Source of the DNA: a virus
Lineage: Duplodnaviria > Caudoviricetes
Reading direction: 5' to 3' (one strand)
IMG/VR virus record: IMGVR_UViG_3300042486_001809
Location: 1 to 28,628 of that record
DNA: 28,628 bases
Shown here: one piece after another, positions 17,212-25,101 of the stretch
How positions within the stretch are numbered: the first letter of the stretch is position 1
Layout of the letters: each line of letters begins with the position of its first letter
Notes under the pieces: model-generated
Told to the model about the DNA's origin: nothing
The model's input: only the letters and a program-made list of their open reading frames with translations
The model's database searches: none
Translations under genes and position numbers: made by a program

Positions 17212-18533
17212 TATACGATTCCTTCGTCTTTTCTATTATGTGATACAACTTCACCAATAACATAGGTGTGAGCTTGATCAACTTCAATTTGAACTACTTC
17301 CATCACTCCAATTGATTCAATAGATTCAATTTCGGCAAGTCCATTTACTGTTTGTACCTTAGCACCAACCCATAGTTCTGATAATGGAACAAATCCCATG
17401 CTTTCAGTTAAGAATTTATGATTGCTTGATACTTTTATTTCTTGGCCTCCAATTATAGTACGACTAACAATATTTGTTCCTGAGTTTGCTGAGGTCACCT
17501 GGTATGATCCCCATTCACCAGTTGTTTCGTGTTTAGTGTAAACATAATCTCCAACTTTAAGGTCTCCTGCCATCACCCAAGTATTAGGATTAATTAGAAT
17601 AGGCATATCTGGAGTAGGGCATTGGCTGGTTCCGCACACTTGGTTAAGGTCTCCATATCCACCATATGAAATACTAGTCCCACAAAATAGGTATTCGCCA
17701 TAACAGCAAGACCAGCCTTCGACTATATTTCCATCACAGTCACGGCCTGACCAGCTACCACTTCCATCTCCAAAGTAGACGTAACAATTTATGGATGGCT
17801 CTTGATATCCACATGTTGTAGAATTACTTTCAATTAGAGAAGAATAGGTTCCATTACAACCATTTGAATACGTATAGTAAAGATCATAGCCGGAACAATA
17901 TTGACTTAAATAGGTTCCATACCCAGGCGAACAACAACATCCACCACATGCAGTAGTACAGTCTGAATAAACTTGATCGTAAGTTCCACAGCTACCATTC
18001 GCGTATCGATAATAAAGTGCACAGCCTGAACAAAATTGACTCAGATAAGTTCCATATGCTGGGCATCCGGCGCTAGTTGTCATTGTAATTGTATTTGAAT
18101 ATCCAGAATAACCATTAGTTGAAGTACAAGTTATTCGCACTCTAACTTGGTATGCTGTATTTGAAGCAAGACCAGATACTGTTGAAGTTGTACTACACCC
18201 ACCGGTATTAGTACTCCAAGTAGATCCACCATTTGAACTATATTCAACGTGCATGGCTGAACAGTTTGTGTAACTTACATTAATAGTAAAGGAGCTTGAA
18301 GAAACTGAATTTGATGAAATGCTTGGAGCATTACAGCAGGCAAAGGAGTGGTTATAGCCTCGCCACTCAGACATTGCCGCAGAATTGGCTGAACTAGGAC
18401 GGCTCGGCGAACACGAGTTTATTGCAGCGTACGAACCATTTTCTGCTGAATCTAAACTGATTTGAGCATTAGATGAACGACCTAATTCTAAGTTAATAGC
18501 GGTCATTGAAACTGTGCCAGTTCCGATTGCCAT
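17211..18533 (-). CDS. Putative fibre-tip/adhesin protein: FN3 domain, Cys-rich repeats, C-terminal Hint domain
   Basis: FN3-like VSGLASNTAYQVRVR, two P.YGTYLSQ.CSG..LYY.Y.NG repeats, Hint blocks A, B, F and G. Confidence 0.85.
   Translation of the reverse strand: MAIGTGTVSMTAINLELGRSSNAQISLDSAENGSYAAINSCSPSRPSSANSAAMSEWRGYNHSFACCNAPSISSNSVSSSSFTINVSYTNCSAMHVEYSSNGGSTWSTNTGGCSTTSTVSGLASNTAYQVRVRITCTSTNGYSGYSNTITMTTSAGCPAYGTYLSQFCSGCALYYRYANGSCGTYDQVYSDCTTACGGCCCSPGYGTYLSQYCSGYDLYYTYSNGCNGTYSSLIESNSTTCGYQEPSINCYVYFGDGSGSWSGRDCDGNIVEGWSCCYGEYLFCGTSISYGGYGDLNQVCGTSQCPTPDMPILINPNTWVMAGDLKVGDYVYTKHETTGEWGSYQVTSANSGTNIVSRTIIGGQEIKVSSNHKFLTESMGFVPLSELWVGAKVQTVNGLAEIESIESIGVMEVVQIEVDQAHTYVIGEVVSHNRKDEGIV
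17235..17621 (-). other. Hint (intein-like/BIL) auto-processing domain, residues C305-N433
   Basis: CPTPDMPI (block A), DLKVGDYV, VSSNHKF (block B), VVQIEVDQAHTYVIGEVVSHN (blocks F/G). The +1 residue is Arg. Confidence 0.85.
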
Positions 18534-18534
18534 A

Positions 18535-20070
18535 TTATTCGCCTTTTAATTTTTTAACTTCAAATCTAAGTTCTTCGATTTGAAGTTGCTGTTCCTTAAT
18601 AGATTCAATTAAGAGAGGCACTAATTTATCATAGCTAACTGTTAAATATGATTCTCCACTCTTGGATCCAATTACTTGATTGTTTTCATTGAACTCTGTA
18701 TCAAATGGCGCAAGTGTAACAACTTCTGGTAAAACTGACTGTACCTCTTGTGCAGAAAGACCTACCTGAATTTTTTCGTCTTTATATCCAAATGACTTAG
18801 CTAAGTCGTTATTTACGTAATAGAAACCTGTTAACTGCTTAATTTTATCTAGTGCATTTTCAATAGTGCCGACTCTAGTTTTTAACCGTTCGTCAGAATA
18901 AAATGCAATGACATCGCCTTCAGCATATACCCAATTGTATGAATAAACATAATCATAGTTAGTTCGATTTAATCTAGAAGTACCATTTGGATCTAGGTAA
19001 TAACCAGAGTTATTTGAATCATAGAGGATTGTACAGTAAACATCACCACCAGTTCCTAAGTAAACATTTCCATGCCAAGTATTATGAAGATAAATTCCAG
19101 GTTTGCTTGTAACACTGTCCCATGCAACAGATCCTGCGCTACTTGCATATCCCGCATATCCTACATAACATGGAGCATGGTAGGTATCATTAAGATAACC
19201 ACGAAGAGACCAATATCCACTTACATCTGCACTCCAAGTAGTTTGAACGTTGTATGCAGAGTTATCTTCATTTCGGTAAAGTCTATATGGACCAGGTCTA
19301 GCGGCACTCGTCCACATACCTGTTTGACCAGTAATACCCGAAGCTGCGACGTTGGTTGCAGTAGCGGCATTACCCGAAATATTAGTTTGGTCGCCAGTGT
19401 TTGTTCCCGATAAGTTACTTCCGGTTATAGTACCGCCTACTGATAAATTATTAGAAACTCTAACATCTGAACTTCCGTTACCGACTGAGAAAAGTTCAGT
19501 TACCATAGTAGAATCATCATAGAATCTGATACCGCCATATCCTGTATTTGCTCCAATCTTAATACCAGTATGATAACCTATATGTAGATCTGGATAAGGA
19601 TGACTCCATCCTCCGCCACCTTGATAAATTGCATAGGAGTGATTACTTGTGTTACCAGAATCTCCACCGACTCCAGTAAATCGTAGAACTTTTAGAGTTC
19701 GGTCTTCATTATCTCTAAAATATGAAAAATTATTAATTTCTGTTTCTGTGTAGTATCGATCATCGTGGTTGTGTGATGGGAGAGATGTTAAATAGCCTGC
19801 ACTTGCATGGTTACCCCAATCATAAGCAGACTTCCAGTTTGCAGAAGTGCCGTGTGAAGACGTCGTAATTTCACCAGCATCATAAATGCCTGATCCATTT
19901 TTATACATGGCTCCATATAACCATTGTGTACTGCCGACATAAATACCACTTGGGTGCCAAGTTGCAGCACCAGTTCCGCCAACGTTTGCATTACCAGTAA
20001 AACCAGCGGCTGTCATATTGCCAGTTGAGTTAACTGTACCTGTGACACTAGTTGATAATAAATTTGCCAT
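18535..20070 (-). CDS. Tail fibre protein with C-terminal intramolecular chaperone (peptidase S74)
   Basis: YSDERLK, VGLSAQEVQSVLPEVV, YDKLVPLLIESIKEQQ, and a Gly/Ser/Thr-rich shaft. Confidence 0.92.
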   Translation of the reverse strand: MANLLSTSVTGTVNSTGNMTAAGFTGNANVGGTGAATWHPSGIYVGSTQWLYGAMYKNGSGIYDAGEITTSSHGTSANWKSAYDWGNHASAGYLTSLPSHNHDDRYYTETEINNFSYFRDNEDRTLKVLRFTGVGGDSGNTSNHSYAIYQGGGGWSHPYPDLHIGYHTGIKIGANTGYGGIRFYDDSTMVTELFSVGNGSSDVRVSNNLSVGGTITGSNLSGTNTGDQTNISGNAATATNVAASGITGQTGMWTSAARPGPYRLYRNEDNSAYNVQTTWSADVSGYWSLRGYLNDTYHAPCYVGYAGYASSAGSVAWDSVTSKPGIYLHNTWHGNVYLGTGGDVYCTILYDSNNSGYYLDPNGTSRLNRTNYDYVYSYNWVYAEGDVIAFYSDERLKTRVGTIENALDKIKQLTGFYYVNNDLAKSFGYKDEKIQVGLSAQEVQSVLPEVVTLAPFDTEFNENNQVIGSKSGESYLTVSYDKLVPLLIESIKEQQLQIEELRFEVKKLKGE

Positions 20071-20081
20071 TTCCTAAGAAG

Positions 20082-21734
20082 TTAATTTTTTGTAGCTGGT
20101 GCCAAGTCGTTGTAACTAGCTTTATGTTTATTTACCAATGCGATGAACACTCCGTTCCACCACATGTTTTTATCTTCAATATTATTCAGTATTTTTTTAT
20201 CATACTGAACAGTTAAGCCAGCTGATTCGATACCAGCAAGCGCACCATCGATTACACCATCCCAATTTGCATCATCAAATACTAAAATACACTCATCTGC
20301 AAAAGTTGATGCAAAATATTCAACCGCCAATTTAGTACTTTCATAAGAGTGGTCACCATCGTATAAGAAAAGATCAATATCCTTAATTGATTCTTTATTT
20401 ACATCAATGAAATCACAATTAAAGACCTTTATTTGATTTTCACCCTTATATGGCGAAATATTTTTAACAAAATCATCTTTTGTAACAGACATACCAATTT
20501 CTTCATTCTCGGCTGAGACGCCTTCTTTCCAATTGTCTACTGCATAGGCCCTGAGAGAATTACCGGCTAATACGCTCGAAAAGGTTCTACCACCGAGACA
20601 ACCGACTTCAAGATATGAGGTTGAAATTTTACCTAATTCATTTAGAAGTTTATCTACCCTTGGGCTAGATATACCGGGTACAGCTGTTTCAAAGCTAGAG
20701 TTAACGCTTGTTACTAATAGATTTGCAATTTGAGTAGCCTTTGAATTTAGACTGTCTGTTGCCACTCTGTCACAAAAATTACAGTTCCAACATTCAAATT
20801 TACAGGTCTTAATGATCTTTCTCCATTTACTCTCGACTTGCTCGTTTATACCTAGATTAATACTGTACAACTTCTCTTTACCCTCTGCATAATTGCGAAC
20901 AATTTCCATAGTCTCATAAATCTTCTTGACGTTTTCTCGGCCATGCATTTTAAAAATGTCAACTCCAAGTTCAAGAAATTCGTCCCAATCCTCTTTCCAT
21001 GCAGGAATATCTGCAGTTTTTAGCACGACTGCCGGATTAGTAAAATCCCATTTTGGGCAAGAAACTCGGCTAATTGCATTATTGAAATATTGACTATCTG
21101 TTGTTCTAGTATTATTGTAATGATAATGCTCCGCCATTACTGGACATTTACCTAAACAGCCTTCATTTGCTAAAAGAACCAGCTTAAATGGATTTTTTCT
21201 TTTTATTTTGGCAATTGTCTTTATTGTATCATGATCTCGCATTAGGGCTCTATCAATACAAACTGAGTTAAACCCACTGGTTACTACATTATAGACGTCG
21301 GTCGCTGTCTTCGTATCCATTAGGATGGAACTTCGTACCTCTAATTCTGGAAATTCCTTTTGAATTTGCCCAGTTAAGAGCCAATGATTAAATGGTAGTG
21401 TACATAGTCGAATGCCAGCCTCATACAATGGCCTAAATGACTCTATCCATAGGTCTAGATTTTCTTGAGTAGGTCTAACTGATATATTATTAAATGTTGC
21501 AGATGCAGTAATACCTGTCTTGTCTTGAATAAATTTTGCCATATCAATCATGTATTGCGCAGAATCATCTGCAACAAACACATCACCCATTGCATCTTGC
21601 GTAAATGGAGTAATTCTACAAGTAAAATATAGATCTGAGATATAGTCTTTATAGGTATCGCAGAACTGAACGAATTCTATAAATTGTGTCTCAGATAATT
21701 TAGGGTTAATTGGTATACTAAATATCTTCGCCAT
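20082..21734 (-). CDS. U32-family (Fe-S, TIM-barrel) protein fused to class I SAM methyltransferase (Methyltransf_24-like); likely start MAKIF
   Basis: U32 part: ISDLYF, ATFNN, IDRALMRD, LANEGCLGKCP, SCPKW, GVDIFKMHGRE, CKFECWNCNFC. MTase part: YLEVGCLGGRT, AVDNW, IDLFLYDGDHSYE, LVFDDANW. Confidence 0.85.
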   Translation of the reverse strand: MAKIFSIPINPKLSETQFIEFVQFCDTYKDYISDLYFTCRITPFTQDAMGDVFVADDSAQYMIDMAKFIQDKTGITASATFNNISVRPTQENLDLWIESFRPLYEAGIRLCTLPFNHWLLTGQIQKEFPELEVRSSILMDTKTATDVYNVVTSGFNSVCIDRALMRDHDTIKTIAKIKRKNPFKLVLLANEGCLGKCPVMAEHYHYNNTRTTDSQYFNNAISRVSCPKWDFTNPAVVLKTADIPAWKEDWDEFLELGVDIFKMHGRENVKKIYETMEIVRNYAEGKEKLYSINLGINEQVESKWRKIIKTCKFECWNCNFCDRVATDSLNSKATQIANLLVTSVNSSFETAVPGISSPRVDKLLNELGKISTSYLEVGCLGGRTFSSVLAGNSLRAYAVDNWKEGVSAENEEIGMSVTKDDFVKNISPYKGENQIKVFNCDFIDVNKESIKDIDLFLYDGDHSYESTKLAVEYFASTFADECILVFDDANWDGVIDGALAGIESAGLTVQYDKKILNNIEDKNMWWNGVFIALVNKHKASYNDLAPATKN

Positions 21735-22431
21735 CAATCTTTTCATTATTACCTGCTAATAATTTCAGCAGCTCAGTGTTTTCAAACAAGCCAGTAAAGT
21801 TGCTATTTAACAAATTAGTATTTGTACTAATTGCTTCTTCTAGTTTATTAATACCAGATGTTAACTTTTTAGAATTAAGTAAAGCTGAACCAATTGTAAA
21901 AGCTTGATCGTTTGGTGTCATCATTGCAATTGAATCAAGGTTACCTGCTCCAATGCGACCAGTCGTTACCATATCGACGCTAGCCTGCTTTGCCATACGA
22001 TAAATCCAATATTCTCTTTCTAACTCTTCGTCATGTTGAGTATACTTTTGCAAGTCCTCAGCGGTTGGCACAATTTCTACCACTAATTTAGAAAATTGAT
22101 CAAGTTCTTCTTCAACGATTCTCAGCTTTTTTGCATATACTGATAAATCATAATTATATTGATCGATATCTAATAAGATTAATTCCTTTTCAAGATCACG
22201 GCTTTCATTTTCTAAATCGCGCTGCTTAATCTTAATATTTACTTCTGTTTTCTTAGAATCACGAATTATTTGTTTTTTAGCAGCAAGCCGAGTTTCTATT
22301 TCAAGCAGGGCTTGCCTAACTCGACGATAATCTGTAACTTGTGAGTTTACTACAAAATACCGACTTTGAAAATCGCTCATGCTCCAGCCACCATGGCTTT
22401 CCGCTAATTGTAAAACATCGTTTTTATTCAT
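21718..22431 (-). CDS. Coiled-coil hypothetical protein (likely start MNKNDV)
   Basis: Heptad-rich middle flanked by SDFQSRYFVV...YRRVRQALLE and YWIYRMAKQA..D..TTGRIGAGN. Overlaps the U32 gene. Confidence 0.8.
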   Translation of the reverse strand: MNKNDVLQLAESHGGWSMSDFQSRYFVVNSQVTDYRRVRQALLEIETRLAAKKQIIRDSKKTEVNIKIKQRDLENESRDLEKELILLDIDQYNYDLSVYAKKLRIVEEELDQFSKLVVEIVPTAEDLQKYTQHDEELEREYWIYRMAKQASVDMVTTGRIGAGNLDSIAMMTPNDQAFTIGSALLNSKKLTSGINKLEEAISTNTNLLNSNFTGLFENTELLKLLAGNNEKIDGEDI

Positions 22432-22450
22432 ATAGTTTTGTTTAATTTGT

Positions 22451-22993
22451 TTAGAATCCTTTACTGTAATCAACTGGTACAATACGTAGTCCTCTTTCAT
22501 CCAGCAGACCCATTTCTTGAGCTTGATATACGGGCATCTCTACACCAAGTAGATCTTCTCTAAGAATATTTAGATCCCAAATAGTAGTAGCTGCATCAAC
22601 TGAGGTAATCAAACTTTCTTCACCAGTTCTATCTTCTCTTCGATTGAATTCATCTACGATTCTACGTTTAGTAATCTTTTTCATTAGACTAAGTGTAACT
22701 GACCTTGTGTGATCGGTATGATAGACTTTAGTTTTAGAACCACCTTCTTCATCGGGTTCCAAACCTTCTACCACTGAATAGGCTTTACGATAATCTCTAG
22801 AGATACCATAGAACTTAGAACCGGTGATAGCTTCATCTTCGGTAATTTCTTCTTTACTAACATCTAGCGCAAGAAGTGCAGATTCTGCCTCAACCGTAAC
22901 CGAGAAAATACCGTATGAATCAAGCCAACCAATCGAAGTCATTCCATTAATTTGAGGAACTGATTTATAAAATCTTACAATAAAATGTTTCAT
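22451..22993 (-). CDS. Hypothetical protein
   Basis: 180-aa ORF with the AATAAATA motif upstream. Confidence 0.8.
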   Translation of the reverse strand: MKHFIVRFYKSVPQINGMTSIGWLDSYGIFSVTVEAESALLALDVSKEEITEDEAITGSKFYGISRDYRKAYSVVEGLEPDEEGGSKTKVYHTDHTRSVTLSLMKKITKRRIVDEFNRREDRTGEESLITSVDAATTIWDLNILREDLLGVEMPVYQAQEMGLLDERGLRIVPVDYSKGF

Positions 22994-23019
22994 AGTTTTT
23001 GAATTTTAGTTATAAAAAA

Positions 23020-23027
23020 TATTTATT
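23020..23027 (-). promoter_or_regulatory. Late-promoter-like AATAAATA upstream of the 180-aa/coiled-coil/U32 genes
   Basis: Recurrent motif overlapping the upstream stop codon. Confidence 0.5.
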
Positions 23028-24063
23028 AATATCCAACAAATACGGCAGATCCCGTAGCGCATGATCCTGAGGAACATCCATCGTGACCTTTTGGTGCAGT
23101 ATCACTTCCCATAGCTACTGTCGTGTCAGTTAGATAATTTACTTTTTCTGTATCGTTATTTTGGCCAAGAGGACCTCCATCATATGCGCCAAGCATGTAA
23201 CCCCAGTTCTGACCAATTTGCCAATTTTCTTCGCCATTATTTTTAGGTCTAGTAATTGTAGCAAGGTTTGAACCAGTTGCTTCGCTAAACTTAAAAAGAT
23301 TAATACTGCCTGGATAAGAGCCGGTACTGCCATAGCCATGTCCATGTTTGCTAGATAGCCCCTTCGGCTGACCATCAGTTGCCCAGCTCATTCCACCAGT
23401 TGCCCATGTTTCTGTTACCCAAGTAAATGAAGAGCCTGCTCCTTGAGAGATCCAGGCTTTATATTCACCAAACAGTGCACCAAGTCCACCGCTAGTACCA
23501 CCGGATAATGGCGATGCTGGAGCAGTGCCTGCTGAAAACATAATATCTGTTGTAAAGTTGTGCCTATCAACGGCAGTCGTACCGCCGCCAACAATGTATG
23601 CTGAAGTTAATGACGGAGTCATTAATGCTTCACAGTCACTTCGTGTACTCTTTAAATACCTAGCAGCATCTAGTGAAAACATGGTTTCGGTAGTCATACT
23701 CATAGATTCTACAATGGTACCCGATCCTCCAACCGATCCTGTACTAGGATAGATATAACTATTATAATCGCTAAATCCTCCACCGACATAACTACTATTA
23801 TAGACAAGTTTATCACCTAAGTTAGTTGTCATGTCTGTCGCGTGGATTGTTTTATTTACGTTTCTCCATGGTGAGCTACTCTTATATCCACCATTCATAT
23901 AGCCCTTTGTATAGATGCTCCTATACAGGAAGCTATTAGCAAAAGGATTAGTTGTTTGTGTATCACCAGTGGTAGTCCATGAACCGTCCCATAAGTATAT
24001 TATGCCAGTTGGTGCAACAAACTGAGATCCTGTAGTTGGTGATGATGGAAATGAAAATGCCAT
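23026..24063 (-). CDS. Gly-rich beta-propeller-like (Kelch-like) virion protein, paralog 2 (likely start MAFSFP)
   Basis: N-terminal FPSSP..G.QF....G..Y.WDGSW module, with periodic GY/AY-x-x-GG blades. Confidence 0.75.
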   Translation of the reverse strand: MAFSFPSSPTTGSQFVAPTGIIYLWDGSWTTTGDTQTTNPFANSFLYRSIYTKGYMNGGYKSSSPWRNVNKTIHATDMTTNLGDKLVYNSSYVGGGFSDYNSYIYPSTGSVGGSGTIVESMSMTTETMFSLDAARYLKSTRSDCEALMTPSLTSAYIVGGGTTAVDRHNFTTDIMFSAGTAPASPLSGGTSGGLGALFGEYKAWISQGAGSSFTWVTETWATGGMSWATDGQPKGLSSKHGHGYGSTGSYPGSINLFKFSEATGSNLATITRPKNNGEENWQIGQNWGYMLGAYDGGPLGQNNDTEKVNYLTDTTVAMGSDTAPKGHDGCSSGSCATGSAVFVGY

Positions 24064-24065
24064 AG

Positions 24066-25100
24066 TTAAAGTCCTCCTATAATTAATGCACTTGCTGATG
24101 CGCATGCACCGGACGAACAGCCATCATGACCTTTCGGTTGAGAGTCTGAGCCTAGTACAGTGTATACATCGGTAATTGAGTGCACCTTGTATGTGTTATT
24201 ATTTTGAGCGCCATTATAGTGACCTATACAATATCCCCAGTTTTGACCAGTTTGATAGTTCTCCTCACCAGAATTATCAAAGTTTAAATCTGTTCTGATT
24301 TGAGCGCCAGTTGTATCATCTAATTTGTATGCACCAGTTACGATATTACCGCCATTCTTAACATAGGCATGACCGTGTTTTGTTGGTAGAGCTTTACCCC
24401 AACCATCAGTTGCAACAGTTGTTCCACCGGATGCCCAAGTTTCTGTGGCAAAAGTAAAGTTTCCACCTGATCCAGTTTTCCAAATCCAACCTTTAAACTC
24501 CCCTTGCCAAGCTGCTACGTTACCATATGCGTCGCCGACAGTTGGTCCAGCTGGAGCAGATCCTAGTACATACATTATTTCAGTAACATAGTTATGTTTA
24601 TCAGTAGCAGTCGATCCACCCGCAGTAATGTAAGCCATAGTTAGAGTTGAATTCAGTATACAGCCGACATCGTCTCGGGTAGTTTTAGTATTCCAATTAG
24701 AATCATGTGTACGTTTTACTTCACTACTCATATTAAAAGAAGACGTATGTGTACTGGCTCCAGAAAATGAATCTTGAAGTCCATAAATGTATGCATAATA
24801 ATCACTATAACCGCCGTCTACATACGCGCCACCATAATCTAAATGATCACCCAAATTTGTAGTAATATCAGTAGAGTGTACTGTTCGATTAGCATTCTTC
24901 CATGGTGATGCATTCTTATAACCACCAAACATATAGCCTCTAGTATAGATTGATCTAAACTTAAATGGCTTTTCCACAAATGGATTAGGTGAAGTTGTGT
25001 CACCTTTAGTTGTCCAAGAACCATCCCAGATATAAAGTCTACCAGTTGATGCTGGAAATTGATCGCCTAATGCTGGAGAAGAAGGAAAGTCTATTGCCAT
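24066..25100 (-). CDS. Gly-rich beta-propeller-like (Kelch-like) virion protein, paralog 1 (likely start MAIDFP)
   Basis: Colinear with the neighbour: RSIYT.GYM.GGYK..SPW.N.N, GEEN.Q.GQNWGY, PKGHDGCSSG.CA. Confidence 0.75.
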   Translation of the reverse strand: MAIDFPSSPALGDQFPASTGRLYIWDGSWTTKGDTTSPNPFVEKPFKFRSIYTRGYMFGGYKNASPWKNANRTVHSTDITTNLGDHLDYGGAYVDGGYSDYYAYIYGLQDSFSGASTHTSSFNMSSEVKRTHDSNWNTKTTRDDVGCILNSTLTMAYITAGGSTATDKHNYVTEIMYVLGSAPAGPTVGDAYGNVAAWQGEFKGWIWKTGSGGNFTFATETWASGGTTVATDGWGKALPTKHGHAYVKNGGNIVTGAYKLDDTTGAQIRTDLNFDNSGEENYQTGQNWGYCIGHYNGAQNNNTYKVHSITDVYTVLGSDSQPKGHDGCSSGACASASALIIGGL

Positions 25101-25101
25101 C

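Noticed and set aside
17235-17621. Canonical mobile intein
   Set aside because: There is no homing endonuclease, the +1 residue is Arg, and the C-extein is only 7 aa. Treated as a BIL/Hint domain instead.
20082-21734. Collagenase/protease annotation for the U32 domain
   Set aside because: This is a legacy family name. Characterised members are Fe-S hydroxylation factors and the Cys motifs fit that.
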